A stretch of 50,121 bases of DNA from an uncultured Spirochaetaceae bacterium (GCA_902787125.1 CADAEX010000002.1:1-50121); one strand, 5' to 3'; counted from the stretch's first letter, positions 28,543-39,987 are shown. A program made the numbers and translations. Notes: generated by a model not told the origin, from the sequence alone.

Positions 28543-28965
28543 TTACTCCATGTCCCTTCTTTCTACAAATTTAGTCTTGATAGGCAGCTTGTCGCCGGCT
28601 AGCTCCATAGCGTCGCGAGCCAGATCTGCAGTGATACCACCCATCTCAAACATAACCATTCCAGGCTTTACAACAGCTACCCAGTACTCAGGAGCTCCCT
28701 TACCTTTACCCATTCTGGTTTCAGCAGGTTTCTTTGTATAAGGCATATCGGGGAAAATCCGGATCCATACCTTACCGCCTCTCTTGATAGCTCTTGTCAT
28801 AGCAACACGGGCAGCCTCAATCTGTCTGTTTGTGATCCACTTTGGCTCCAGAGCAATCAGACCGTAATCGCCGAATGCGATTGTATTGCCTCTGTGTGCA
28901 TTTCCAGTCAAGCTTGCGCTGCTACGATTTCTTTTTCTATATTTAGTACGTTTTGGACTAAGCAT
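28543..28965 (-). CDS. rplP: 50S ribosomal protein L16
   Basis: [11 protein letters not shown]...[27 protein letters not shown]...[19 protein letters not shown]. Confidence 0.97.
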   Translation of the reverse strand: MLSPKRTKYRKRNRSSASLTGNAHRGNTIAFGDYGLIALEPKWITNRQIEAARVAMTRAIKRGGKVWIRIFPDMPYTKKPAETRMGKGKGAPEYWVAVVKPGMVMFEMGGITADLARDAMELAGDKLPIKTKFVERRDME

Positions 28966-28968
28966 GAC

Positions 28969-29676
28969 TTACTCTCCTTGTCCCACAGCTTTCTTTGGTT
29001 TTTTCTTAACCAGAAGCTGTCCGGCATCTTCTTTCATATCTTTCTTAAGAATCTCGCCGTTGAACACCCAGACCTTTACGCCGATAAGTCCGAATGTGGT
29101 GTTTGCCTCAGCAAATCCATAGTCGATATCTGCACGGAAAGTATGCAGTGGAATCCGGCCTTCCTTATGCTGCTGCACTCTGGCCATCTCAGCTCCGGCA
29201 AGACGTCCGGAAATTCTGATCTTGATACCCTGAGCACCGCCTCTCATGGCGCTTGAAACACACTGCTTAAGAACTTTTCTGAATGAGCTCTTTGACTTAA
29301 GCTGTCTTGCGACGTTAAGAGCAATAAGCTGTGCATTGACTTCAGGCTTCTTAAGTTCCTTAATCTTGAGCTGGATCTTCTTTCCTGTAACCTTCTGAAG
29401 CCGCTCCCCGATCTTCTCGATTGTAGCTCCTTTGGCACCAATCAGAACACCAGGTTTTGAAGTCTCGATAACCACAGTGATTCTCTGTGGCTGTCTGATG
29501 ATTTCAACTTCTGATATCTCAGCTCCCTTAGTCTCAGGACACTTGTCAAGCTCTTCTCTCAATTTAAGATCTTCGTGAAGTGTTGCTGCATATTCACGAG
29601 GATCGACATACCATTTAGACTTCCAGGTTTTATTTACTCCAAGTCTCAGGCCTATTGGATTAACTTTCTGTCCCAA
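28969..29676 (-). CDS. rpsC: 30S ribosomal protein S3
   Basis: [24 protein letters not shown] domain, [13 protein letters not shown] start at 29676. Confidence 0.96.
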   Translation of the reverse strand: MGQKVNPIGLRLGVNKTWKSKWYVDPREYAATLHEDLKLREELDKCPETKGAEISEVEIIRQPQRITVVIETSKPGVLIGAKGATIEKIGERLQKVTGKKIQLKIKELKKPEVNAQLIALNVARQLKSKSSFRKVLKQCVSSAMRGGAQGIKIRISGRLAGAEMARVQQHKEGRIPLHTFRADIDYGFAEANTTFGLIGVKVWVFNGEILKKDMKEDAGQLLVKKKPKKAVGQGE

Positions 29677-29677
29677 C

Positions 29678-30040
29678 TTATTCCCCCACCTTCGCTAATT
29701 CATCAACTACAACAGTTATATGGCTCATTCTTCTCAAGAGAATATCGCGTTTGCCTTTAGCTCTTGCCCATACTCTCTTAAGCCGTGGACCTTCATTGAC
29801 CTGTAATTCCTTGACATAGAGCATCTCTTCGTCAAGCTGCTTATTCTGTGACAGTGCATTAGCTGCTGCAGACTGAAGCACCTTCTTGAGCATAGCTGCT
29901 CCGCCGTTTGGAATAGCCTCAAGCCGAGCCACTGCTTCTGTATAAGGTTTTCTTCTGATCAGATCTGCAATAGGGCGAACCTTTTTAGGTGAAACCATAA
30001 GGTATTTACCTACAGCTCTGTATCCTTTTTTCTCTTCCAT
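29678..30040 (-). CDS. rplV: 50S ribosomal protein L22
   Basis: [18 protein letters not shown]...[29 protein letters not shown]. Confidence 0.96.
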   Translation of the reverse strand: MEEKKGYRAVGKYLMVSPKKVRPIADLIRRKPYTEAVARLEAIPNGGAAMLKKVLQSAAANALSQNKQLDEEMLYVKELQVNEGPRLKRVWARAKGKRDILLRRMSHITVVVDELAKVGE

Positions 30041-30059
30041 ATTCTAACTCCACAGCCGC

Positions 30060-30335
30060 TTATTTCTTTGCTTTACTATCGGAAGAATGTCCCCGAAAGA
30101 TTCTTGTAGGAGCAAATTCTCCCAGCTTATGACCGACCAGGTTTTCTGTAACATATACAGGAACCCATGTCTTTCCGTTGTAAACTGAAACTGTATAACC
30201 AACCATCTCAGGAATGATTGTGGATGTCCGGGAATAGGTCTTGAGCATCTTCTTGTCTGTTCCCTTGCCAGCCTCAACAATTCTCTTATAGAGTTTCTTC
30301 TCGATGAATGGTCCTTTTTTTATTGATCTAGACAC
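30060..30335 (-). CDS. rpsS: 30S ribosomal protein S19
   Basis: [15 protein letters not shown]...[34 protein letters not shown]. Confidence 0.97.
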   Translation of the reverse strand: MSRSIKKGPFIEKKLYKRIVEAGKGTDKKMLKTYSRTSTIIPEMVGYTVSVYNGKTWVPVYVTENLVGHKLGEFAPTRIFRGHSSDSKAKK

Positions 30336-30344
30336 AACTTACTC

Positions 30345-31169
30345 CTACTTACGTCTGTTAACGATAAACTTACCGGAAAGCTTTCTCTTCTTTCTGGTCT
30401 TATAACCTTTAGTAGGAAGACCCCAAGGTGTTACAGGGTTACGTCCGGCTGCTGTCTTTCCTTCACCACCACCATGTGGGTGATCGATCGGGTTCATTAC
30501 AACACCTCTGACCTTTGGTCTTCTGCCAAGCCATCTGTTTCTTCCAGCTTTTCCAAGGGAAATGTTCATGTAGTCTTCGTTTCCGACTTCGCCGATGGTA
30601 GCCATGCATTTCTTGAATACCATTCTCATCTCGGTGGAAGGAAGTCTGAGTGTTACATAGTCTCCCTCTTTTGCAACTACAAGTGCGCTTAAACCTGCAG
30701 ATCTTACAAGCTGACCGCCCTTTCCATAAACAAGCTCGATATTGTGGATAGAAACACCCAGCGGAATGTTCTCAAGTGGAAGTGCATTTCCAACTTTGAT
30801 TGGAGCTGCAGGACCGCTCTGGATCATGTCGCCTACCTTGAGTCCCTTAGGAGCAAGGATGTATCTCTTCTCGCCGTCAACATAGTTGATAAGAGCGATA
30901 TTGGCGCTTCTGTTCGGATCGTACTCGATTGTTACAACCTTTCCTGGTACATCGAACTTATCGCGTCTGAAATCGATAATTCTATATTTTCTCTTGTGTC
31001 CACCACCTCTGCGCCGTACACTGATGCGTCCGGAAGCGCCTCTTCCGGCACATGGAGCAAAACCTGATGTAAGTGATTTCTCAGGTCTGTCTGTTGTAAG
31101 CTCTGAGAAATCCAGTGTTGCTCTGGTACGCAGACCAGGTGTATGTGGTTTATACTTCTTGATACCCAC
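30345..31169 (-). CDS. rplB: 50S ribosomal protein L2
   Basis: [16 protein letters not shown]...[15 protein letters not shown]. Confidence 0.97.
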   Translation of the reverse strand: MGIKKYKPHTPGLRTRATLDFSELTTDRPEKSLTSGFAPCAGRGASGRISVRRRGGGHKRKYRIIDFRRDKFDVPGKVVTIEYDPNRSANIALINYVDGEKRYILAPKGLKVGDMIQSGPAAPIKVGNALPLENIPLGVSIHNIELVYGKGGQLVRSAGLSALVVAKEGDYVTLRLPSTEMRMVFKKCMATIGEVGNEDYMNISLGKAGRNRWLGRRPKVRGVVMNPIDHPHGGGEGKTAAGRNPVTPWGLPTKGYKTRKKRKLSGKFIVNRRK

Positions 31170-31180
31170 TTACTGCCCCC

Positions 31181-31483
31181 TTACACGCCTTCAAACATAT
31201 CTATTTTTTCACCAGGAGCAAGTGTGATAATCGCCTTCTTCCATGATGATTTTTGACCGATTCTGTAGCCTGATCTTGTTCTTGTTGCCTTCTTGTCACC
31301 GCGTACCCACATTGTGTTGCATGCAGCAGGCTTGACACCAAAAACTTTTTCTACAGCTTCCATGATCTGGAACTTGTTTGCTTCAGGAAGAACCTTGAAG
31401 GCATACTTTGCAGCCTTCTCTTCTCTAAGGAGGTTGGTCTTTTCTGTAACAACAGGTTCAATAAGAATATTCTGTGCTTCCAT
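31181..31483 (-). CDS. rplW: 50S ribosomal protein L23
   Basis: MEAQNILIEPVVTEKTN...KYAFKV. AAGGAG lies 8 nt upstream of the ATG at 31483. The track start is a GTG that overlaps the rplD stop. Confidence 0.94.
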   Translation of the reverse strand: MEAQNILIEPVVTEKTNLLREEKAAKYAFKVLPEANKFQIMEAVEKVFGVKPAACNTMWVRGDKKATRTRSGYRIGQKSSWKKAIITLAPGEKIDMFEGV

Positions 31484-31488
31484 ACCTA

Positions 31489-32112
31489 TCACTCCTTATA
31501 AAAATCGTTCAGTCCCAGTGCAGCTGATTCCAGTGCAAGAACGTTCTTTCCATAGAAAAGATCATGAGCTCTCAATCTATTGTATGAAAGGAAAGTCAGC
31601 CAAGGAATGTTGCGTCCTGCTCTCTTGATCATGGCATCGTCATCCTTCAGAATGAGAACTGTTCTCTCTGCAGGAACAAGATTCTTGAGAACAGCGGCAA
31701 TATCTTTTGTCTTTCCGCTTTCAATTGTAAAATCTTCAACAACTTTGAATTTACCGCCCAGCACTTTCTGGCTGAGGATAGATTTCATTGCAAGTCTTTT
31801 CATCTTTTTTGGCATTTTGTAGCTGTAATCTCTTGGCTTAGGACCAAAAACTACACCACCGCCAACCCACAACGGACTTCTCTTGCGACCTGCTCTTGCC
31901 CGGCCTGTACCCTTCTGGCTCCATGGCTTGGCTGTGCTGCCGCTTACCTCGTCTCTGTCTTTTGTGCATGCTGTTCCAACTCTCATGTTGGCAAGTTCGT
32001 TATTTATAGCGTAATAAATAGTTCCGTCACTTATTTCGCAGTTAAAAACAGAGTCTTCAAGTTCTATTGTCCGTAACTCTTCACCTTTTACTGAGAAGAC
32101 CTTAGCTTCCAT
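31489..32112 (-). CDS. rplD: 50S ribosomal protein L4
   Basis: GSTAKPWSQKGTGRARAGRKRSPLWVGGGVVFGPKPRDY. Confidence 0.96.
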   Translation of the reverse strand: MEAKVFSVKGEELRTIELEDSVFNCEISDGTIYYAINNELANMRVGTACTKDRDEVSGSTAKPWSQKGTGRARAGRKRSPLWVGGGVVFGPKPRDYSYKMPKKMKRLAMKSILSQKVLGGKFKVVEDFTIESGKTKDIAAVLKNLVPAERTVLILKDDDAMIKRAGRNIPWLTFLSYNRLRAHDLFYGKNVLALESAALGLNDFYKE

Positions 32113-32130
32113 TTATTTTCCTCTTTGTCT

Positions 32131-32748
32131 CTACTTTATTGCTTTTCTGACAAGTACCAAACTCTTTGCAGTGCCCGGAACAGCTCCTGCAATAAGAATT
32201 ACTTTCTTTTCAGCGTCAACTTTAACAACTTTGATGTTCTGGACAGTAACTCTGTCGCTGCCCATTCTTCCAGCCATCTTAAGGCCTTTCATCAGCTTTC
32301 CTGGTGTGGAAGACATACCTACACCACCGTTCTGCCTGTGGAACTTGGAACCATGTGTAGCTCTTCCGCCGCCGAAGTTATGGCGCTTCATAACACCTGC
32401 GTAACCTTTTCCCTTGGAGGTACCGATCACATCAACTGTATCGATGTCGGCAAAAACCTCAATTCCAAGCTTATCGCCAGGCTTGCACTCAAGCTCAAAA
32501 TCCCGGAACTCCACCAGTTTCTTTCTTGGCTCGATGCCCTCTGCAAACTGACCTGCATATGGTTTTGTCACGTGTTTTTTCTTGATGTCACCATATCCAA
32601 GAACTACAGCGCTGTAGCCGTTTTTCTCGGCTGTTCTTTCGCCGACAACTGTGTTCTCGTCAACTTTGATAACTGTAACAGGTGTGAGCACTCCGCTTTC
32701 GTCAAAAACCTGAGTCATTCCAACTTTTTCTGCTATCAACCCAATCAT
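32131..32748 (-). CDS. rplC: 50S ribosomal protein L3
   Basis: MIGLIAEKVGMTQVF...GKGYAGVMKRHNFGGGRATHGS...PGKLMKGLKMAGRMG. Confidence 0.97.
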   Translation of the reverse strand: MIGLIAEKVGMTQVFDESGVLTPVTVIKVDENTVVGERTAEKNGYSAVVLGYGDIKKKHVTKPYAGQFAEGIEPRKKLVEFRDFELECKPGDKLGIEVFADIDTVDVIGTSKGKGYAGVMKRHNFGGGRATHGSKFHRQNGGVGMSSTPGKLMKGLKMAGRMGSDRVTVQNIKVVKVDAEKKVILIAGAVPGTAKSLVLVRKAIK

Positions 32749-32764
32749 AATCTCATCACCCCAA

Positions 32765-33073
32765 TCACTGCTTAATCTCTACATCAACACCTGCGGGCAA
32801 TTCAAGTTTCATAAGGGCATCCATTACGTCAGAGGATGGCTCAAAAATATCAATTAACCTTTTGTGTGTTCTCATCTCAAACTGTTCCCGTGATTTTTTG
32901 TTTACAAACGGAGATTTAAGAACAGTGTATTTGTTGATCTTTGTAGGCAGAGGAATCGGTCCTGCAACCTTTGCGCCAGCTTTTACAACAGTCTGTACAA
33001 TAGACTTTGCGCTCTGGTCAATCAATTCGATGTCAAAACCTCTAAGCCTTACTCTAATCCTTTCTTCAGCCAT
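32765..33073 (-). CDS. rpsJ: 30S ribosomal protein S10
   Basis: [21 protein letters not shown]...GPIPLPTK...[26 protein letters not shown]. Confidence 0.97.
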   Translation of the reverse strand: MAEERIRVRLRGFDIELIDQSAKSIVQTVVKAGAKVAGPIPLPTKINKYTVLKSPFVNKKSREQFEMRTHKRLIDIFEPSSDVMDALMKLELPAGVDVEIKQ

Positions 33074-33090
33074 TTTTAATACTTTCTCCT

Positions 33091-33123
33091 GAAAAAATGA
33101 CCCCCCGCACTGATGCGGAGGGT
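33091..33123 (-). terminator. Terminator or attenuator hairpin between tuf and rpsJ
   Basis: Minus strand: CCCTCCGCA-TCAG-TGCGGGGGG followed by TCATTTTTTC. The rpsJ SD (AGGAGA) and ATG follow immediately. Confidence 0.65.
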
Positions 33124-33132
33124 ATATTTTTA

Positions 33133-34317
33133 TTACTCAATAATCTCTGTTACCTGGCCGGAAGCTACAGTCTTTCCACCCTCACGGATAGCGAATCTAA
33201 GACCTTTCTCCATAGCGATAGGATAAATAAGTTCTACTGTAAGCTCGGTGTTGTCACCAGGCATAACCATCTGCTTGTCTGCTGGCAGTGTAACAGTACC
33301 GGTGATATCTGTTGTTCTGAAATAGAACTGTGGTCTGTAACCTGTGAAGAATGGGTTGTGGCGTCCACCCTCTTCCTTTGTCAGGCAGTAGATAGCTCCC
33401 TTGAATTTCTTGTGTGGTGTGATTGTACCTGGTTTTGCAAGTACCTGACCTCTTTCGACCTCTTTCTTCTCAACACCGCGGAGCAGGATACCTACGTTGT
33501 CTCCAGCTTCTCCCTGATCCATTGTCTTGTTGAACATCTCGACGCCGGTAACTACAGAAGATCTTGTCTCCTTGATACCTACGATCTCAACTGCATCGCC
33601 AACCTTTACAACACCTCTCTCGATTCTTCCGGTAGCTACTGTACCACGTCCGGAAATAGAGAAGATATCCTCTACCGGCATCAGGAATGGCTTGTCGATT
33701 TCTCTCTCTGGGAGTGGGAAATATGTATCCATTGCATCAAGAAGCTCCTGGATGCACTTTGTCTTCTCAGGGTCGTCTGGATGAGACATAGCCTCGAATG
33801 CAGAACCCTTGATGATAGGACAGTTAGGATCGAAACCGTACTTCTCGAGAAGTTCCTGAACCTCTACCTCTACCAGCTCAACCAGCTCTGGGTCAGCCAG
33901 GTCCATCTTGTTAAGGAATACAATCAGTCTTGGAACACCAACCTGTCTTGCAAGAAGGATGTGCTCTCTTGTCTGTGGCTCTGGACCAGAGTCTGCAGCA
34001 ACCAGGATGATTGCACCGTCCATCTGAGCGGCACCGGTGATCATGTTCTTTACATAGTCGGCATGGCCCGGGCAGTCTACGTGAGCGTAGTGTCTCTTGT
34101 CTGTTTCATACTCGATATGTCTTGTGTTGATGGTGATACCTCTAGCCTTCTCTTCTGGAGCGTTGTCGATATCATCATAGTTCATTATCTTTCCGCCGTT
34201 CTTCTTTGCACAGTACATAGAAATTGCTGCGGTAAGAGTTGTCTTACCATGGTCTACGTGTCCGATTGTACCAACGTTAATGTGTGGTTTGGTCCTTTCA
34301 AATTTCTCTTTTGCCAT
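33133..34317 (-). CDS. tuf: Elongation factor Tu
   Basis: [28 protein letters not shown]...DCPGHADY...NKMD. 394 aa. Confidence 0.98.
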   Translation of the reverse strand: MAKEKFERTKPHINVGTIGHVDHGKTTLTAAISMYCAKKNGGKIMNYDDIDNAPEEKARGITINTRHIEYETDKRHYAHVDCPGHADYVKNMITGAAQMDGAIILVAADSGPEPQTREHILLARQVGVPRLIVFLNKMDLADPELVELVEVEVQELLEKYGFDPNCPIIKGSAFEAMSHPDDPEKTKCIQELLDAMDTYFPLPEREIDKPFLMPVEDIFSISGRGTVATGRIERGVVKVGDAVEIVGIKETRSSVVTGVEMFNKTMDQGEAGDNVGILLRGVEKKEVERGQVLAKPGTITPHKKFKGAIYCLTKEEGGRHNPFFTGYRPQFYFRTTDITGTVTLPADKQMVMPGDNTELTVELIYPIAMEKGLRFAIREGGKTVASGQVTEIIE

Positions 34318-34519
34318 TAGTTTCCTCCTAAAGAATCTAATACTTAAAAAATTTCAGTTTCAAAAAAATTGAGATAAAAAGATGACAACACTATTATTCA
34401 AAAGAAATGAATGACAGTATCACCACCTTACCACTCCAGCTGCCGCAGGCAGCTCCGAGCAATTGGTTTGGCTCAACCAAATGCACAATTTGGGCGAAGA
34501 AAACGCCCTATTTCATCTT

Positions 34520-34548
34520 GTTTTATCACAAGTAGAACATTTTGACAA
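34520..34548 (-). promoter_or_regulatory. Candidate promoter for tuf (extended -10)
   Basis: Minus strand: TTGTCA (34548-34543), a 17-nt spacer ending in TGA, then TAAAAC (34525-34520). The hexamers are only moderate matches. Confidence 0.3.
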
Positions 34549-34585
34549 GAGCAAAACGTGATAAAATCAAGCAAATAAATGGTTT

Positions 34586-34616
34586 ATAGCCCCTTTTTCA
34601 ACGAAAAAAGGGCTAT
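34586..34616 (-). terminator. Hairpin after rpsG; possible weak terminator
   Basis: Minus strand: ATAGCCCTTTTT-TCGTTG-AAAAAGGGGCTAT, starting 6 nt after the rpsG stop. The trailing U-tract is poor (AAACCATTTATTT). Confidence 0.4.
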
Positions 34617-34621
34617 TCAGA

Positions 34622-35092
34622 CTACCACCGGTAATGGGAGAATGCCTTGTTGGCCTCTGCCATCTTGTGGGTATCTTCCTTTTTCTTGAATGCTGTACCT
34701 GTTGAATTGAATGCATCAAGCAGCTCAGCACCCAGCTTCTCGCCCATAGTCTTACCATTTCTGGATCTTGAAGCCTGGATAATCCATCTCATAGCCAGAG
34801 CTTCTCTTCTGGACTCTCTTATTTCCATTGGAACCTGATATGTGGAACCACCTACTCTTCTGGACTTTACCTCAACAACAGGCTTTACATTCTCCAAAGC
34901 TGCTGTGAGAGCCTCGATAGGTTCCTTGTCTGTCTTCTTGCTCAGGAACTCCATTGCATCATACATGATCTTTGTGCTGATTGACTTCTTGCCATCAAAC
35001 ATCATGCGAGTAATGAACTTTGCAACCACAGTACTGTTATACCGTGGATCTGGAATAAATTCTCTTTTTGTAGCACCGCTTCTTCTAGACAT
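34622..35092 (-). CDS. rpsG: 30S ribosomal protein S7
   Basis: [20 protein letters not shown]...[16 protein letters not shown]...AFSHYRW. Confidence 0.97.
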   Translation of the reverse strand: MSRRSGATKREFIPDPRYNSTVVAKFITRMMFDGKKSISTKIMYDAMEFLSKKTDKEPIEALTAALENVKPVVEVKSRRVGGSTYQVPMEIRESRREALAMRWIIQASRSRNGKTMGEKLGAELLDAFNSTGTAFKKKEDTHKMAEANKAFSHYRW

Positions 35093-35107
35093 TTATACGT
35101 TCCTCTA

Positions 35108-35482
35108 TCAAGCCTTTGGTTTCTTTGTTCCGTATTTAGAACGTGATCTCTTTCTGTCTTCTACACCAAGTGTATCCTTTGCACCTCTGATGATATGATA
35201 TCTAACACCAGGGAGGTCCTTAACTCTTCCACCTCTCAAAAGGATTACTGAGTGCTCCTGCAGGTTATGTCCGATACCTGGGATGTAAGCTGTAACTTCA
35301 ATACCGTTGGAAAGCCTTACTCTGGCAACTTTTCTCAAAGCTGAGTTAGGCTTTTTCGGTGTTACAGTCATAACTCTTGTACATACGCCTCTTTTCTGAG
35401 GGCAGCTCTCAAGAGCAGGAGATTTGGTCTTTTTCTTGACCGCTTTTCTACCTTTTCTGATTAACTGATTGATTGTAGGCAT
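35108..35482 (-). CDS. rpsL: 30S ribosomal protein S12
   Basis: [13 protein letters not shown]...[20 protein letters not shown]...[16 protein letters not shown]. Confidence 0.98.
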   Translation of the reverse strand: MPTINQLIRKGRKAVKKKTKSPALESCPQKRGVCTRVMTVTPKKPNSALRKVARVRLSNGIEVTAYIPGIGHNLQEHSVILLRGGRVKDLPGVRYHIIRGAKDTLGVEDRKRSRSKYGTKKPKA

Positions 35483-35541
35483 TTAACAACCTTCTCCTAT
35501 ATATTTTTCGGCAGATATACTGCCCATTTTTCCAGAACCAT

Positions 35542-35570
35542 AGATTAACAATCTGACTGGAAAAAGTCAA
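35542..35570 (-). promoter_or_regulatory. Candidate sigma-70 promoter upstream of rpsL
   Basis: Minus strand: TTGACT (35570-35565), a 17-nt spacer, then TAATCT (35547-35542). It lies in the 104-nt rpoC-rpsL spacer. Confidence 0.4.
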
Positions 35571-35586
35571 GTAGGGTTTTTATTCC

Positions 35587-38500
35587 CTATTCAAGATCCT
35601 CAATACTGCGCTGTTTCGGACCATTTTCGGCAGCTTCCTGCGCTTCCTGTTTCCGTTTTTCCAGCACTTCCTGAACCACCAGGTCCAGATCCTCGTTCTG
35701 ATCGTTGTACAGCTTAACATTGCGGTACATCTTATTTCCGGTACCTGCCGGGATAAGGTGACCGATCAGCAGATTCTCCTTAAGTCCGTGGAGGTGGTCT
35801 GTCTTTCCTTCGATAGCTGCCTTAGTAAGAACCTTGGTGGTCTCCTGGAAGGAAGCTGCAGAAAGGAAGGATTCGATTGCCAAGGATGCCTTGGTGATTC
35901 CAAGGAGCTTGGACCTTGCCACAGCAGGAGCACCTTTCGCATCGATAACCCGCTTGTTCTCTTCCTGGAACCGGACCTTGTCCTCCTGGCTGCCAAGGAT
36001 GAACTTGGTGTCACCCACGTGTGCGATCTCAACTTTTCTGAGCATCTGGCGGATGATCACACCGATATGCTTGTCATTGATTCTTACATCAACTTTCTTA
36101 TAGACTTTCAATACTTCGTTCATCAGGTAAGACTGGAGAGCATTCTCGCCAAGGATATTCAGGATGTCATGCGGGTTCTTCTCGCCGTCGCACAGCTCCT
36201 CGCCAGCCTCGACTTTATCGCCATCCCTGACAAGCAGGTTCTTGCCCATAGGGATAAGATGCTTGAACTCTCTGTCCTGCTCATCTGTAATAATGATGAT
36301 TCTCTTGCCTTTGCTCTTACCGCAGAACTTGACAGTTCCGGAAACCATAGCAAGGACTGCAGGATTCTTTGGAATTCTGGCCTCGAACAGTTCCTCGACT
36401 CTTGGAAGACCTTCGGTGATATCTGAACCCTTGGTGTTGGCCTTAAGCAGCTTGGCCAGGGATTTTCCAGCCTTTACTGTCTCGCCGTCTTCCACAGTCA
36501 CATATGAGTTTCCTGGCAGGTAGTAGGTTACCAGCTCCTTGCCGTTCTTGTCCACGATAGAGATTCTCGGATCAAGAGCCTCGTCTGTGAACTCGATGAT
36601 CTTCTTTTCTTTCTGGCCGTTGTTGGCGTTCAGCTCCTCTTTCATTGTCTTGCCGGAAATAAGGTCATGATACTGGATAGTACCTGAGTATTCCGCAATG
36701 ATAGGTTCTGCGAACGGGTCGAACTTGGCAATTACTTCATCTGCCTCTACACGGCTCTCTGCCTTTACGAAGAGCTCGGATCCGTTCTTGATGTCAATCC
36801 GCTGCTCAATACCGAGAGAGAGAAGCTTGTCGCCGAGGACATGGACATATGCCTTGTTTGTGGCATTGATTGTATCCTTGCCCCTCTTTATGAGAGGAAC
36901 ACCTGGGGTAACCATGCTGTTGTCCTCAACCAGGAGCTTGTCTCCTTTAAGGATATCTCTTGCAATAAGAATCTTGTTTGCAATGATATAGCCCTTTCTT
37001 GTGAAGAGCACATCACCGTTGTCAAGCTTTACAGTATTGCCATGGATCTCTCTGATGAATACAGGGTAATCGCGCTTGATTTCTGTTGCTTCGCTGGCCT
37101 TATCTGCTGTACCACCTGTATGGAAGGTTCTCATGGTAAGCTGAGTACCAGGCTGACCGATGGACTGAGCTGCGATGATTCCTACAGCTTCGCCGATCTC
37201 AACAGGTCTGTTGTTGGCCAGGTTGCGTCCATAGCACTTCTGACATACACCATACTTGGAGTCGCAGGTAAGAACGCTTCTTATCCGGACTGTCTCGATA
37301 CCGGCCGCCTCGATCTCCTTGGCCTTGGCCTCGGTTATCTCCTGGTTCATGTCCAGAATAATCTCGCCTGTGATCGGGTGCTTTACCCGCTCAAGAGTGA
37401 ATCTTCCTTCAATTCTGTCTGCCAGGGATTCCTTTATCTTCTCCCCTTCCTTAAGGGCACTTATATCCATACCGTTGATGGTGCCGCAGTCCTCTTCCTC
37501 TACTACTACATCCTGGGCAATATCCACAAGACGTCTTGTAAGGTAACCTGCGTTGGATGTCTTGAGGGCTGTATCGGCAAGACCTTTTCTAGCTCCGTTG
37601 GAGGAGATGAAGAACTCGATGATGGAAAGACCTTCCTTGAAGTTGGAACGGATTGCCAGCTCGATGATCTCGCCATTAGGCTTCTGCATACGGCCTCTCA
37701 TTCCGGCCAGCTGTCTAAGCTGTGTACGGCTACCTCTGGCTCCTGACTGTGCCATCATGAATACCGGGTTAAAGCCCTGACGGTCCTCTTCCAGACGTTT
37801 CATAAGCACATCTGTAAGTGCACCCTCGGTTGCAGCCCATTCCTCGATTACTCTGTTATACCGCTCGTTCTCGGTGATAGCACCGCTCTTGAACTGGTTC
37901 TGGATATCCTTGACCTTCTCCTGAGCTTTCTCGATAAGAGCTTTCTTTTCAGGAGGTACGATGATATCTGCCATACTTATGGTTGAACCGAATTTTGTGG
38001 CATACTTGAATCCCAGTGCCTTGACTGCATCAAGAAGCTGGATAGTCACAGAAGAACCGAACTGCTTGTAGCAGTCGAAGATAATCTTCTTGAGGTCCTT
38101 ATCTATATAGCCCTTAAGCCATTCTTTCTTATCTTTATCGCCAGCTCCCAGAGACCACTTCTTCTCTGTCTGGCCATCAAAGAACGGACCGTTGTGGAAC
38201 TCAAGCACATCTGGAAGCGGCTCGTTGAACAGAAGCCGTCCAGGAGTGGTAAGTATATACTGGCCTTCAAGGCTCTTGTCCACAGCCTTGCCCACAATTT
38301 TACCATCCACTACTTTGATCTTGATTACATCCTGATATCTGATAGAGCGGGAATCCAAAGCAAGGAGAACCTCGTCGAAGGAAGAGAAGCATCTTACCTT
38401 AAGCTTCTTATCGCCGTTCACATCTATCTCGTCATATGGTTTTGCAATAGTAAGCTGATAGATACCAAGAACCATATCCAGAGATGGGAATACAATAGGT

Positions 38501-39969
38501 CTTCCGTTTGCAGGGTCCAGCAGGTTGTTGATAGACATCATAAGTGTCCAGCACTCAATCTGGGCCGCCTGAGTAAGTGGCAGATGGACTGCCATCTGGT
38601 CTCCGTCGAAGTCGGCGTTGAACGCACGGCATACCAGCGGATGCAGCTTTATAGCTTTTCCTTCTACAAGAACTGGCTCGAAAGCCTGGATTCCAAGGCG
38701 GTGCAGTGTAGGTGCACGGTTAAGCATAACCGGATGCTCCTTCACAACCTCGTCAAGTACACCCCAAACTTCATCAGCTGCTTCTTCCACAAGGGTCTTA
38801 GCTTTCTTAATGTTATATACAATCTCTTTTTCCACAAGCTTTTTCATTATGAAAGGCTTGTAAAGCTCCAATGCCATCTTGGCAGGAAGACCGCACTGGT
38901 GGAATTTGAGCTCCGGACCTACAACAATTACAGAACGGCCGGAGTAGTCAACTCTCTTACCAAGAAGGTTCTGACGGAACCGTCCCTGTTTTCCCTTAAG
39001 CATGTCGGAAAGTGATTTGGCAGGTCTGTTGCTGGTTCCCTTGGCCATCTTTTTCTTCTTTGAGTTATCCAGAAGTGCATCCACTGCCTCCTGCAGCATA
39101 CGTTTCTCGCTGCGGAGCAGGATAGAAGGTGCACCCATAGCCTGAACTTTCTTAAGTCTGTTGTTTCTGTTGATTACTCTTCTATAGAGATCGTTCAGGT
39201 CAGATGTTGCGAAGCGGCCTCCTTCCATCGGAGTCATAGGGCGGAGATCCGGCGGAATGACTGGAATTACATCCAGGATCATCCAGCTTGGATTGATTTC
39301 CGACTTAAGGAAGTCCTCTACAATCTTAAGACGCTTGAGGAACTTCTTCTCCACCTTGCCGTCCTTCTTCTTCATCTCGGACCGGAGCTCTCTTGCAATC
39401 TCCTGAAGATCAAGCTCCTTAAGCAGAATCTTGATAGCTTCTGCTCCAGTATCTGCAGTGAAGTTCTGTCCGAACTTCTCCTTTGCCTTGTTGTATTCAT
39501 CCTCGGTAAGAACCTGGAACTTATGCAGTTTGGTATCCTCTGTGTTACCGGCGTCAATTACGATATATTTCTCGTAATACAGGACAGACCGCAGATCGGA
39601 GGATGAAAGGTTGAGCAGAAGTCCTATAGGGGAAGGAACGGAACGGTAATACCAGATATGAGCTACAGGAGCGGCAAGCTCGATGTGACCCATTCTCTCT
39701 CTTCTTACTCTGGAGTGTGTAACCTCAACACCGCAGCACTCGCACTTGACACCTTTGTAGCGGATAGATTTGAATTTTCCGCATTTACATTCCCAGTCTT
39801 TTGTGGTTCCGAAGATCTTGCGGCAGAAAAGACCGTCATCTTCCGGTTCCTGGCTTCTATAGTTTATAGTCTCGGATTTCTTGACCTCTCCATAGGACCA
39901 TTTTCTGATCTGTTCCGGGGAAGCAAGTTTAATTAAAATATTATCGAATTCCTGCATATCTTTTATCAT
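35587..39969 (-). CDS. rpoC: DNA-directed RNA polymerase subunit beta'
   Basis: 1460 aa. Zn-binding CKCGK...CECCGVEV and catalytic [13 protein letters not shown] roughly 230-aa insertion lies in the trigger loop, between TFHTGGTA and [16 protein letters not shown]. Confidence 0.98.
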   Translation of the reverse strand: MIKDMQEFDNILIKLASPEQIRKWSYGEVKKSETINYRSQEPEDDGLFCRKIFGTTKDWECKCGKFKSIRYKGVKCECCGVEVTHSRVRRERMGHIELAAPVAHIWYYRSVPSPIGLLLNLSSSDLRSVLYYEKYIVIDAGNTEDTKLHKFQVLTEDEYNKAKEKFGQNFTADTGAEAIKILLKELDLQEIARELRSEMKKKDGKVEKKFLKRLKIVEDFLKSEINPSWMILDVIPVIPPDLRPMTPMEGGRFATSDLNDLYRRVINRNNRLKKVQAMGAPSILLRSEKRMLQEAVDALLDNSKKKKMAKGTSNRPAKSLSDMLKGKQGRFRQNLLGKRVDYSGRSVIVVGPELKFHQCGLPAKMALELYKPFIMKKLVEKEIVYNIKKAKTLVEEAADEVWGVLDEVVKEHPVMLNRAPTLHRLGIQAFEPVLVEGKAIKLHPLVCRAFNADFDGDQMAVHLPLTQAAQIECWTLMMSINNLLDPANGRPIVFPSLDMVLGIYQLTIAKPYDEIDVNGDKKLKVRCFSSFDEVLLALDSRSIRYQDVIKIKVVDGKIVGKAVDKSLEGQYILTTPGRLLFNEPLPDVLEFHNGPFFDGQTEKKWSLGAGDKDKKEWLKGYIDKDLKKIIFDCYKQFGSSVTIQLLDAVKALGFKYATKFGSTISMADIIVPPEKKALIEKAQEKVKDIQNQFKSGAITENERYNRVIEEWAATEGALTDVLMKRLEEDRQGFNPVFMMAQSGARGSRTQLRQLAGMRGRMQKPNGEIIELAIRSNFKEGLSIIEFFISSNGARKGLADTALKTSNAGYLTRRLVDIAQDVVVEEEDCGTINGMDISALKEGEKIKESLADRIEGRFTLERVKHPITGEIILDMNQEITEAKAKEIEAAGIETVRIRSVLTCDSKYGVCQKCYGRNLANNRPVEIGEAVGIIAAQSIGQPGTQLTMRTFHTGGTADKASEATEIKRDYPVFIREIHGNTVKLDNGDVLFTRKGYIIANKILIARDILKGDKLLVEDNSMVTPGVPLIKRGKDTINATNKAYVHVLGDKLLSLGIEQRIDIKNGSELFVKAESRVEADEVIAKFDPFAEPIIAEYSGTIQYHDLISGKTMKEELNANNGQKEKKIIEFTDEALDPRISIVDKNGKELVTYYLPGNSYVTVEDGETVKAGKSLAKLLKANTKGSDITEGLPRVEELFEARIPKNPAVLAMVSGTVKFCGKSKGKRIIIITDEQDREFKHLIPMGKNLLVRDGDKVEAGEELCDGEKNPHDILNILGENALQSYLMNEVLKVYKKVDVRINDKHIGVIIRQMLRKVEIAHVGDTKFILGSQEDKVRFQEENKRVIDAKGAPAVARSKLLGITKASLAIESFLSAASFQETTKVLTKAAIEGKTDHLHGLKENLLIGHLIPAGTGNKMYRNVKLYNDQNEDLDLVVQEVLEKRKQEAQEAAENGPKQRSIEDLE

Positions 39970-39987
39970 AACTATATCACCCTTCCA

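Noticed and set aside
32125-32775. 216-aa plus-strand ORF antisense to rplC
   Set aside because: Shadow ORF opposite a conserved ribosomal protein gene. It has no SD and no recognisable sequence features.
33097-34320. 407-aa plus-strand ORF covering the whole tuf locus
   Set aside because: It is exactly antisense to the unambiguous EF-Tu gene. The translation is low-complexity and Cys/Leu/Ser-rich with no motifs. It is a typical shadow ORF created by the codon bias of a highly expressed gene.
34379-34519. A 7-bp long-range helix (AAGATGA/TCATCTT) enclosing the tuf-leader hairpins, suggesting a discrete ~140-nt sRNA (6S-like)
   Set aside because: The 5' half would lie upstream of the transcription start predicted from the only plausible promoter. 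Seven AT-rich base pairs could easily occur by chance. I see no 6S, SRP or tmRNA signature motifs.
36841-39015. 301-aa and 273-aa plus-strand ORFs (36841-37746, 38194-39015) inside rpoC
   Set aside because: Both are antisense shadow ORFs of the beta' gene, with no independent signals.
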